NCBI RefSeq assembly: GCF_006345805.1
Contig: NW_021835566.1
Coordinates: forward strand, 1-31,387
Source: Octopus sinensis
Lineage: Eukaryota
DNA: 31,387 bases
Direction of reading: 5' to 3'
Shown here: positions 11,183-22,039 of the stretch, in pieces
Layout of the letters: every line of letters begins with the position of its first letter
How positions within the stretch are numbered: position 1 is the stretch's first letter
The notes under the pieces: generated by a model
Databases searched by the model: none
What the model was told of the DNA's origin: nothing
What the model saw: the letters and a program-made list of their open reading frames with translations, nothing else
Program-made: the position numbers and the translations under genes

Positions 11183-11392
11183 ATTTCTTTATTGCCCACA
11201 AGGGGCTAAACATAGAGGAGACAAACAAGTAGAGACAAAGGAATTAAGTCGATTAGATCGACCCCAGTGCGAAAGTGGTACTTTATTTATCGACCCCGAA
11301 AGGATGAAAGACAAAGTCGACCTCGGCGGAATTTGAAATCAGGACGTAAAGACAGACGAAATACCGCTAAGCATTTCGCCCAGCGTGCTAAC
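11183..11392 (-). mobile_element. SINE family 3, near full length
   Basis: Minus strand reads GTTAGCACGCTGGGCGAAATGCTTAGCGGTATTTCG...CCGCCGAGGTCGACTTTGTCTTTCATCCTTTCGGGGTCGAT...AGCCCCTTGTGGG. Confidence 0.85.
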
Positions 11393-11567
11393 TATTATTG
11401 TTATTATTGCTATATCTATCCTACATTATATCGATACAGTTCGATACAACCACCGAAAACTGGTTCACCGGCCAGTATCAGTAGGCTGTGGCCGGCATAA
11501 AGGAATAGTAACTTTATTTGGATATTCAAAACGTTTCCAGTAAACAAATTTAATTTAAATTATACAT

Positions 11568-11618
<51 letters not shown>

Positions 11619-11653
11619 CACACACACATACATATTATATACTATATAATTAT

Positions 11654-11707
<54 letters not shown>

Positions 11708-11708
<1 letters not shown>

Positions 11709-11870
11709 GAGAGTTTACGAAAAAAACAAAAGACGAAGACATGTGGTCAACAAAGAAAACAGATGTATTAGTATAACGCTCAGGAATAGAAAAAGTATTT
11801 TACGTTTCGAGCCTACGCTCTTCTACAGAAAGGGACACAGAAAAAACAAGGAGAGAAACAAGGAGAGAAA
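11708..11870 (-). mobile_element. (TA)n-embedded Penelope-like mini-element with degenerate HHR
   Basis: Minus 11828-11801 reads CTGTAGA-A-GAGC-GTAG-GCTC-GAAA-CGTA. Core A6 is replaced by U, and stem III is the palindrome ACGT. Confidence 0.6.
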
Positions 11871-11961
11871 AAATATATATATATACATGCATACATACAT
11901 ATACATATACATATAGACAGTAGTTATATGTGCACTAGTTGTCCCTCTTTTAACTACTCAC

Positions 11962-12049
11962 TGCAAGTTAATAATAGGGACCTTAGAAGGAATTGAATTG
12001 CTTTGATGAAAATAGCAGGACACTACTAAAAGCACTTCGATTCCATTGC
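11962..12049 (-). CDS. Internal exon, (NGIEVLLV)VSCYFHQSNSIPSKVPIINL(H); acceptor position ambiguous
   Basis: Donor GCA|GTGAGT is in phase with the next exon. In-frame acceptors lie at 12049 (GAG), 12025 or 12022 (TAG). The best-looking acceptor, at 12056, is out of frame. Confidence 0.6.
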
Positions 12050-12305
12050 CTCAAACCTAATATAAATGGAATATACTTAAACAGCACCATTAGTGACAGG
12101 GGTGGTCGGTTATAAATAGAAGACGAGTACAATGTAACAACAGTAGGACTAAAAAATTACTAAAGTGAAAGTAAAGTAAAATGAATTAACGTAATAAGGA
12201 TACTTCATGAAAAGAAAAAAATTCTGCATGGATATATATATATATACAAACACGTATACGCAAATGCATACGTACATACATACATGCATACATACATACA
12301 TTCAT

Positions 12306-12366
<61 letters not shown>

Positions 12367-12605
12367 AACAATAAGAAAATACCAACTGAAACAAGTTCTG
12401 CTGAAGGTAAAGATTTACATAAAGTAAAATCGATAAAAAATATTTTTTAAAAGCGTTAAGGCAGAAACAAATGGCTAAATTTCAAAAGGGACTCAGAAAG
12501 ATGGTAAAACATTGACATACATATATATCTGTGTGTGTGTGTGTGTGTTTGTGTGTGTATAACCACCGTGGTTGTATACATATACATAGATACATACATA
12601 GATAC

Positions 12606-12638
<33 letters not shown>

Positions 12639-12650
12639 AATATATATATA

Positions 12651-12858
12651 ACTACACAAGGACTGTTGGCGATTTTTTTTCCTGCTTCTTCCTTTCTTTT
12701 GGACTTTCCTATGCCTCCTGTTTCCGAAGAAGAGTTTAACTCGAAAAGTAAAACCACCACCCTTCGTTTCCTTCTCTGAGCATTTTATTGATACTTTGTA
12801 TATACCATGTCCTAGCGTTGATATTTCTTGTCATTTTTTCTCCGTTTTTTCATTAATC
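12651..12858 (+). mobile_element. (TA)n-embedded Penelope-like mini-element with degenerate HHR
   Basis: 12724-12750 reads CCGAAGA-A-GAGT-TTA-ACTC-GAAA-AGTA. Homologous end to end with 20581-20787. Confidence 0.6.
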
Positions 12859-13229
12859 ATATATATATATATTCACAGTGGTTAATACTCATTAAATCCT
12901 AACGCCTTATCATTGCAATCAGTGAAAAAAAAAAAAATTCTTGCCACTATATAACAATCAACTAGAAAGTTCTTTTAGAATAAAAAGCAGAAAGCATAAA
13001 TTTCAGGAACAGTTCATTATTTTAATTACGTTGAACAGACGTTTCTTAAGAAAGAAATATTTTTAATCACATAGTTACGTAATTAAGAAACGAAATACAT
13101 TAAATGAGCTAAATCAATTGAAAACCATGATCATCAGGGATATTTGGAGTCTATAATATTTTATTTTTTTATTTTTATATATGTACTTGATAGTGTTTGT
13201 TTTAGTATCCGTCAAAGAAATCTACTCAC

Positions 13230-13369
13230 AATGAATGTCTGACATTATGAAACGTTTTTGATATTTTTCTCCTTCATGTTCTGAATATTCTGTTCCAAAC
13301 AAGATATTTAACTTAGACATGACGTCACAAATTTTGGTGTATATAAGCGTATGTAAATTACCAAACAGA
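13230..13369 (-). CDS. Internal exon, LFGNLHTLIYTKICDVMSKLNILFGTEYSEHEGEKYQKRFIMSDIH (140 nt, phase 2-1)
   Basis: Polypyrimidine acceptor TTTTCATTTTTATCTTAAATCACTTGTCAG|T, donor ATT|GTGAGT, 46 open codons in AT-rich context. Confidence 0.75.
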
Positions 13370-13460
13370 CTGACAAGTGATTTAAGATAAAAATGAAAAC
13401 CACAAAGGTGTTTTATCTTTCAATAAATCTGTGTATAACCTCTAGTATTACTTGGAATAC

Positions 13461-13538
13461 CTGCAATTGATTGGGATGTCTTGATAAAAAAACATCACGT
13501 CTTGCAATGTAACTACTTCTAATTGGCCAACAAATGTT
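13461..13538 (-). CDS. Internal exon, TFVGQLEVVTLQDVMFFYQDIPINC(S) (78 nt, phase 2-2)
   Basis: Acceptor CTTTTCATTTATTGTTATATCTTAG|A, donor CAG|GTATTC, 91-nt intron to the next exon with matching phase. Confidence 0.75.
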
Positions 13539-14039
13539 CTAAGATATAACAATAAATGAAAAGAGACGTGTTTAAAGTTTCAAATATAATAATATGAGAA
13601 CTGAATATTAAAGCGCCTCAAGAATATTACATAAAATATGTCTTAAAACATTACATTTATAGCATTATATAATATATATATATATATATATAAATATATA
13701 TACATGCATGCATATATGTGTGCAGACATACCTACACGCGCGCACACACATACATACAATCATACATACATACGTTGATGAAAAAGTGTACACCTATGTT
13801 GAACTATTGAGAAATTAAGCTTTTCAAAACCAGAAAGGAGACAGCTAATTCGAAAACAACAGATCCGGTCCGTCACTGGAACTGTAAAAATCTGTGAAAC
13901 TTTCCAGAGGTTTATCATTTAAATATGTCTGAGCATGTCTAGATATACATCTATGTGCATACTACATACATACATACATACATACATACATACACCATAC
14001 ATACATACATACATACATACATACATACATACATACATA

Positions 14040-14070
<31 letters not shown>

Positions 14071-14364
14071 CATACGTACACGTATAGTGATCTATTGAAA
14101 CTGAGGAACATCACAAACTGTTATTCAAAGTTTCAAAATGTATAAATCTTAGATAACTGACTTTCCAGTTTGAATCACGACATCACTCAACATCCCGTTA
14201 ATAATTATAAGATTTTGATCATATCAGTGAATATTAAATGCACTTCCTAACCAGGCATAGCTAGATAGATAGACAGTCAGACAGACGGAGAGCAGACAGA
14301 CAGACATAGAGATAGATAGATAGATAGATAGATATATACATACATACATACATACATACATACA

Positions 14365-14400
<36 letters not shown>

Positions 14401-14472
14401 TATATAGATCGATAGAGATAAAGTGGGAGAGTTACATAGATTGATACATATACGTATTCATATTTATACATA

Positions 14473-14514
<42 letters not shown>

Positions 14515-14614
14515 CACATATATACAGAGAGATTTATACATATACTTTTATATATACTCACACTTATATGGATATATATATAAAAATAGACGTATATATA
14601 GATAGATAAAATAT

Positions 14615-14658
<44 letters not shown>

Positions 14659-14986
14659 TATGTGGGCGTGTTTGTGCGTGTGGGTGCAGTTAATCATATG
14701 CTTAAAAGGAACATTAAAAAAAAAACACGTAAAAACCAAAACCATAAACAACAATGTAAATAAATTACCAAACCACAAGACTTAGATAAAAAGATAAATT
14801 GATAAACAAACAGATAAACAAGCAAATAAAAATAAATATATAGATAAATAAATAAATAAATAAATAATGTGACTGTCACATCTGACATTTCTGCAGTAGG
14901 CTTGGCAGATCAGTTGAAATTGGAGGCCGCCTGAGATAGGAGTATTGTATTCTTCGAGTGTTTGTGACTTGTTTCAAACAGATATT

Positions 14987-15027
<41 letters not shown>

Positions 15028-15116
15028 CATTTGGGCAACAGACACATATTCGAGAAGTTGTCATTTTAACGAGAGGATAATGAAGTAATAGTGAGCATAC
15101 GAGCTTGCGCAAATGT

Positions 15117-15248
15117 TGAGAGAGAGAAACATGGAGCAAGCGAGAGAGAGGGAGAGAGAGAGAGAGAAGCATGGAGCGAGCGAGAGAGAGATAGAGAAAC
15201 ATGGAGCGAGCGAGCGAGAGAGAGAGAGAGAGAAAGCAAGGAGCGAGC

Positions 15249-15279
<31 letters not shown>

Positions 15280-15359
15280 GCATGGAGCGAGCGAGAGAGA
15301 GAGAGAGAGAGAGAGCAAGGAGCGAGCGAGAGAGAGAGAGAGAGAAGCATGGAGCGAGC

Positions 15360-15393
<34 letters not shown>

Positions 15394-15600
15394 CATGGAG
15401 CGAGCGAGAGAGAGAGAGAGAGAGAGCATAGGAAGCGAGCGAGAGAGAGTAGAGAGAGAGAGAGAGAGAGACATGGAGCGAGCGAGAGAGAGAGAGAGAG
15501 AAGCATGGAGTGAGCGAGAGAGAGAGAGAGAGAGAGAAGCATGGAGCGAGCGAGAGAGAGTGAGAGTGAGAGAGTCGGAGAGAGAGAGAGAGAGAGAGAG
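15117..15600. repeat. Purine-rich minisatellite: [AGCATGGAGCGAGC+(GA)n] repeated about 15 times
   Basis: Seen directly. Unit length varies with the GA tract. Confidence 0.9.
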
Positions 15601-15744
15601 GGAAGCTGTACATCAAAGGACGTTGTTGTTCCCATTCCATGGTCAGCGCATGTTTCTAAAACAGACACAAGGCTAAAAACTTTAAAGGTGAATAGATACA
15701 ATGCGTGCTCAATATAGCAATTTCTGAATACTAAACTACCCGTA

Positions 15745-16062
15745 GAGGCGCAATGTCCATGGTAGGGCAGCGCTCGCGATCTTAGAAAGTTCGCGGTTTC
15801 GATTCCCAGACCGAGTGTTGTGTGTTTTTATTGAGCGAAAACACCTAAAAGCTCCACGAGGCTCCGACAGTGGGTGGTGGCGACCCCTGTTGTACTCTTT
15901 CGCCCCAACTTTCTCTCTCACTTTCTCTCTCTCACTTCCTGTTTCTTGAGTAACGCTGCGATAGACTGGCGATCCGTCCAGCTGGGGGGAACACATACGC
16001 CACAGAAACAGGGAAACGGGGCCCATGAGCCTGGCTAGGCTTGAAAAGGGCGAGAAAAAAAA
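15745..16062 (+). mobile_element. SINE family 2 (tail type B)
   Basis: Head shared with 7795 up to CCTGTTTCT, then a different tail (GTAACGCTGCGATAGACTGGCG...GGCTAGGCTTGAAAAGGGCG) and an A-run. Confidence 0.85.
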
Positions 16063-16121
16063 TACACAAGTGAAAATACGACCTAAAAAATAAATCAAGG
16101 CTAACAGCCGAAAGTTCCTAC

Positions 16122-16281
16122 AAGATGTACTTCACAAATTGTGCTCCCTTGTGCTTGAAGGCAGCTGGTCTAATTGTTAGGATGTTGCTCTCACCATCAC
16201 ACAATCGTAGATTAGACTTACAGACCGAGCCTTGAGTACTTGTGTGAAACATTTCATTTGCTGTGGCTAAAGTCCTCTCAG
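16122..16281 (-). CDS. Internal exon, ERTLATANEMFHTSTQGSVCKSNLRLCDGESNILTIRPAAFKHKGAQFVKYI(L); donor ambiguous
   Basis: Strong acceptor CTTTCTCATTTACAG|CT and a relatively GC-rich open frame of 52 codons. Only the donors at 16122 or 16131 are in phase with the exon at 13538, although a consensus GTAAGT lies at 16216-16221. Confidence 0.65.
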
Positions 16282-16835
16282 CTGTAAATGAGAAAGATCG
16301 GTGTTGTGATCTTGGTCACTTACACGAAATGGAAACCGGGTAACCAGCCCTAAAAACTCTAAGACAAAACAGTAATTTCACGAAAGAATGAAATGCAAAG
16401 TTGATCTTGATGAGAATTGAAACCGAAACGCAAGAAAACATAACACGAGGCATTTCATCCAACAGACTAACACCGCTAACAATCCATTACTCCTCCATTG
16501 TCAATAATACAATTTCCTGTAAGACATTGGAAATATATTCTATAACGTAGGTGTTAAGTTTCTGGCCGACGAAACGTGCAATCCAAATTCGATTTCCGGT
16601 TGCATCTATTCCACTTATATCATCAATTCTGAGAATGACATTGTGACCGTATGATTATTTTTTACCGCACTGTAGACAGTACAATTGATCAGCGATTGAT
16701 ATATGTATGTCTAATAATCAATCAGTCAATCAATCAATTTATCTATTCATCTATCTGTCAATCTATCTGTGTATTTAAAAGTATGTATCTGTGTGTGTTT
16801 ATATCTATGTATATATGTGTATGTGTGTGTAGACA

Positions 16836-16903
<68 letters not shown>

Positions 16904-17861
16904 TGTGTGTGTATGTATATATATATATATGCATATACATATGTATCGATGTGTGAATGTATGTACGTGTGTAACCCTTTGTGTGGATACATGTGTGCGT
17001 GCTTGTATTTGTGTATGTGTGTATGTGCGTGTATGTGTGTGCGTGCGTGATTACAATCTTCCTATATTACTTCATCTACCACAATTAATGCCGTGGGCTG
17101 ACTCTCATACCAAAGTGCGATTATATGTGACACAAACTTAGTAGATTTTTAAAAAACAAGCACATAACTTATATTTCATAAAGGAGTATGTCCCTTGAAC
17201 CGATTCAAACTGTTGTATCCCCCGGATACACATGAGTTAAAATTGTAACAAAAAAAAAAAAGTTAAAAGAAATGCGGTACACGTTCAGGAAGACAAGCAT
17301 AAAGAGTATGTTGTTTGCTCTATTGTGCTTCAAGATATTCTATACATAACCCGAAAATGTCAAACAGATTATAACTACAATGCTTATTCTATAAAGCAAT
17401 AACCAGAACAATAAACTACATACACTTAAGTCAGACATTTCTACAAGAAGTACTTCATAAAATGGTTCCCCATTAATATCTCTTAAAATTTTGTAACCAA
17501 TAATCTGCATAATAATGTAATTTATATCGAACAGTCCTCCTCGTTACCAACAAAGTTGTCCTACTAGTCTTGTTTGCAAAGACAAAACGTTCCAACTCTC
17601 TACTCTTACACAAAAGTTATAGCTGAATGACGTCAAAATCATTACTATTATACCATGGCCATTTATTCTTTTGCTGGTCTGAATAATTCCACTGTGGTCA
17701 TGTTAGTGCACCGCCTCAAAGGTGAGTTATGGTCGATCCTATAGTCTATTTTACAAACTGCTGACTGATTGATCAATCTCCTTTAATCTACTGAAAGTAA
17801 CAGGATGCAACACGTACATACACACGCACACGGATAATATGTATATACTTTATATATAATT

Positions 17862-17960
17862 GAAAAAGATGGAGTCAACAAGAAGGAAGACGGTTGGACA
17901 TTTATTTTTTAATCACTACAATTGTTTCCGCGCAATGTAGTTCTCCGGGTGTGCAGCTAC
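17862..17960 (-). mobile_element. Degenerate Penelope-like HHR element related to 61-305
   Basis: Minus strand reads CAC-CCGGAGA-ACTACATTGCGCG-GAAAC-AATT-GTA-GTG...AATAAA...GACTCCATCTTTTTCA then (TA)n. Palindromic stem III is ACAATTGT. Confidence 0.45.
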
Positions 17961-18472
17961 TTGATTATGCAGCTGTTATATGATGGGTTCTACAGATAGA
18001 CCTGATCGAACAGGCTTCTAATCTAAAATCAAAAGACAGTGTAGATGTTCTCAATTAGGTTCGAAAGGAGAAGCGACGTGCCAAAGGGTAGAGAGAGATT
18101 TACGAGATAATTTAGAAAAATACGAAGTGTATGTGACACGACATTGCTACGCTAAAACATAATACTAATAATAATGATTAGTAAAATATTTAGAGCCGGC
18201 GACAATACAAATACTTCATAATCTGTGACAAGACCTTTAGTGGAGAGAGTGCTTTTCTTAGCTTTTTCTAAGTTAAACCTTTCCTTAATTCACCAACTAT
18301 TTTGTGTTCAACAATCTATATATATATATATCTGTTTATTTTCACCAGAATTTACTAATTATAATTAAAATATAATTCTTGTGAAGCGAAGGTTATTTTA
18401 TCACATAAATGTGTAAACATGCGCAGACAAATGCATTGTCAAAAATTTACAAACATATATATATATATATAT

Positions 18473-18515
<43 letters not shown>

Positions 18516-18716
18516 CACATACAGACGCTTATATATAATCAGATACAAAGTTTAAACCTTTAAACTAATCATTATTTATCTTGTTTCTTTCTCGTGGTAA
18601 ATGCCACTTTATAAGGATGACAGCTGTACTTTCATTTGATTCTATGTGTATTAGATACCAAAGAGTAATCCATGATCTGTAGAATGCACATTTGATTGCA
18701 GAACATTTTAGAACAT

Positions 18717-18767
<51 letters not shown>

Positions 18768-19296
18768 ATTACGGGTATATTAGGGGAATGCACGTATGTG
18801 TGATGCAATGTTACAGAATTACATTCCACTGGGACTTCAAGTTTCCTGACAGGTTATTTGAACGGAGCAATTGGATAAGATGTCAGGCGAAACATGACAC
18901 CTCAGCTAAAATGAAATTTTTCAATAAATTTTAGTCTATTTTCGGCTTTGTGCATACGGCATTGTTATATGATCTGTTATACATACAAAAAAAATCTTTG
19001 AAAATAAAGCCAAATTTACATGCATGCCCCCATATGTAAATGTTCTGCAATCACATGTATGCTGCAAAATTGTCGGAGAAGTGTTACTCAGAGTTTCACT
19101 TTCTCGTTCGGCGGACAGTTGTGATAAATACTGAATTAAGCTTCATAGTTTCTCATCACAACTGGTTGACGAACTGACATGTGAAAGTCTGAGGAACAGT
19201 TCTGAGATAAACTTGCAGATTTAATCAAAAGTTGATTACTTTGCTATTCGCATTCGTGTACTATTGTTTCCACATAGTTTTGCACTGGTGTTCATC

Positions 19297-19315
19297 TGTA
19301 TATATATATATATTT

Positions 19316-19347
<32 letters not shown>

Positions 19348-19416
19348 ATATATATGTATATAAATATGTATATACATACATATATATATGTATATATATA
19401 CACATGTATATATATG

Positions 19417-19447
<31 letters not shown>

Positions 19448-19480
19448 TATAACACATATATATATATGTATGTATATACA

Positions 19481-19537
<57 letters not shown>

Positions 19538-19615
19538 CATATATATATAATTACATGTGATATATATATTATATATATTATATATATATATAATATATAT
19601 ATATATTATATATAG
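19297..19615. repeat. Degenerate (TA)n microsatellite
   Basis: Seen directly. Confidence 0.95.
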
Positions 19616-20076
19616 TTAGTTCCCTTCGCAGTCATGATATTCCGAATTTAATCTCTGTGCATTGCATCTTGGGGAAGTGTCGTACTTAATTTATATGCCC
19701 ATACTTTAAGCGAAAATGGATAGATGGAAACTGCAGAGAATCCCGCCGAAGGGATTTTACCAGTAATTATCATAGATCCTGTGTTGTTACACTGCATCAC
19801 GCTAATTCCACCTAAGAATTACATTAAGTTTACACCTGTCTACATTAGGTGGATACTTCAGTCAGCATTTGTGCGCATATAGACTAACAAGCAATAGGGT
19901 TGAGAACATTTCTTCGTCCGTAGAAAATCGTCGGCATAATCCGAAAATCTGAGAAATGTTTTCCTCAATCGCACAGTATTATGTATCGAATAAAAGAATT
20001 AAGCATTAGTATCAAATTTATTCTTGCGTCACGAGTGTTTCGTCAACACACGGTTATATAGCTCGCTTAACATGGT

Positions 20077-20114
20077 GGAATCTACGTTAAATGTTCTCTA
20101 CAGTGTTAAACTAT
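20077..20114 (+). repeat. 38-bp exact direct repeat, copy 1
   Basis: GGAATCTACGTTAAATGTTCTCTACAGTGTTAAACTAT is identical to 21362-21399. Confidence 0.95.
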
Positions 20115-20389
20115 GTGTATAACCCATCAGCTATCAAAAGGCTTGTAATCTATTAATGAATGTAACATCAATACATCTCTTGATCAAATTGAATGTATAC
20201 AGGATCACTCTAGCACGAAACAGGTCGGTCTGGTTAATATGTCATATGCTAGAAGATGGTAGGGGTTGCTTGTTTAAACATTGTAGTAACGTCGAATTAC
20301 CATCTCGGTATAGTTACCATTTTCATCTCTAACCGCTTTCGTCTAAATAACCACTTTGCTTATACATACAAACATACATACATATATTT

Positions 20390-20560
20390 CCCTTGGGGGC
20401 TGCCCAGATCGGAGCAATCTCAAGATTAATCAGCCGAAATTGCGAAGATGATCCGGTTCTTGACTGATGACTGAGAGCTTCGAAAGTCCCGTCCGTGTTT
20501 TTTGTGTCGTCTTCTAAATGTTTCACGTTCTCGTCCCAGTTTGTTTATTTTTTTAACTTT
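20390..20560 (+). mobile_element. Short repeat element with HHR-like CTGATGA...CGAAAG module
   Basis: Homologous to 5586-5655. CTGATGA at 20464-20470 and GAAA at 20482-20485, but the stems are poor. Followed by (TA)n. Confidence 0.5.
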
Positions 20561-20580
20561 TACATATATATATACAAAAT

Positions 20581-20787
20581 GTGACCTCGTGTGTACCGTT
20601 GGCGATTTATTTTCCTCTGCCTTCCCTTCTCTGGATATTTCCTTCTCCCATGTTTCCGACGAAGAGCTCCGCTCGAAACGTTAAACCTCTCCTTCTTTCC
20701 TTCTTTCCTGAGCGTCCAATATACTATATTTGTTCCACGTCCTCGCGTTGTTGTCATTTTTTTGTGCTTTCTTGTTTGGATTAACTA
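20581..20787 (+). mobile_element. (TA)n-embedded Penelope-like mini-element with near-intact HHR
   Basis: 20656-20683 reads CCGACGA-A-GAGC-TCC-GCTC-GAAA-CGTT-A, with U4 replaced by C. Homologous to 12651-12858. Confidence 0.65.
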
Positions 20788-20788
20788 C

Positions 20789-20855
<67 letters not shown>

Positions 20856-21128
20856 CTTTTTGAACAAAGAGCCTTGGGGCGAACAAAATATAGGTCGTCG
20901 TGTCAAAATGGCGTAACACTTTATGCTTCAAGAAGATTAAAAGGTCAGTGGGTGCAAAGCAAGTGAGAAAAATGGCTGTAAGTGTACCGCCTACTGACCC
21001 ATAAAACATTCTACATAAACTTTATGACCGACAACAAAACTGTAGGTTGTCCGATCCTCATACGGCGAATTGTTACATAACTATATACATACATACACAC
21101 ATATACGAATACATACAACATATATAGA

Positions 21129-21191
<63 letters not shown>

Positions 21192-21361
21192 TAAAAATAT
21201 ATAGGGGTAGCGAATATTTTTAGAAATTTCACCACCAGTGGCCTAGCATGTATGAAAAGTCAATAGACAACATATTCTCAATATAAAATATGAAATATAG
21301 AATACACTATTTTTATAGAGTATGTGTATGTATGTAAGTACATATACATATATCTGTAAGA

Positions 21362-21399
21362 GGAATCTACGTTAAATGTTCTCTACAGTGTTAAACTAT
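21362..21399 (+). repeat. 38-bp exact direct repeat, copy 2
   Basis: Identical to 20077-20114. Confidence 0.95.
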
Positions 21400-21407
21400 A
21401 AGTTAAA

Positions 21408-21482
<75 letters not shown>

Positions 21483-21737
21483 GACTTTTCCATTTTTCCA
21501 AAGCGACAAACTATTACACTTGCTTGTTTTTCCTACACCTGTCTTCGTCATTGTTTTTCTATAAATTTGAATTATATAATTATATAGATAAGAAGAAAAA
21601 ATTTATCAGAAAGTAACTCTATCTCTCTTAAAAAAACATCTTTTGATAAGCATAACAAATGCGCAACCGGTAAAAAGAACTTTCACCTAATTAAATTACT
21701 TAAATTACTTAAATTATTTTGTTCTCAGCATTTTATA

Positions 21738-21799
<62 letters not shown>

Positions 21800-22039
21800 C
21801 AAATATCAGCTCAGATCGAGTAGACTCTGTGGTAAAGGATATTCCAGGTACAGGATTATCCAGTCCATTCAGGGAAATCTTAATGTACGTTAATCACGAT
21901 AGATGTTACCTTTTATTTTTATTTCAAATATTTGTTAGGGCATAAATTGAATGAAGAGAGTCTAGTTGCTATTATCTGGCTTCAAATCGAGGGATCATTT
22001 AAAGGCTGGCTCGTTTACTCTTTATAAATTTTTGTAAAG

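Noticed and set aside
12049-12056. In-frame TGA (GTT TGA GGC) as possible selenocysteine
   Set aside because: The upstream exon ends in phase 1, so this codon would not be read in that frame from the TAG acceptor. No SECIS or redox motif was seen.
20857-20990. Minus-strand open segment ending at AAG|GTGATA
   Set aside because: Donor-like sites occur on both strands and the peptide is unconvincing. More likely a decayed repeat than an exon.
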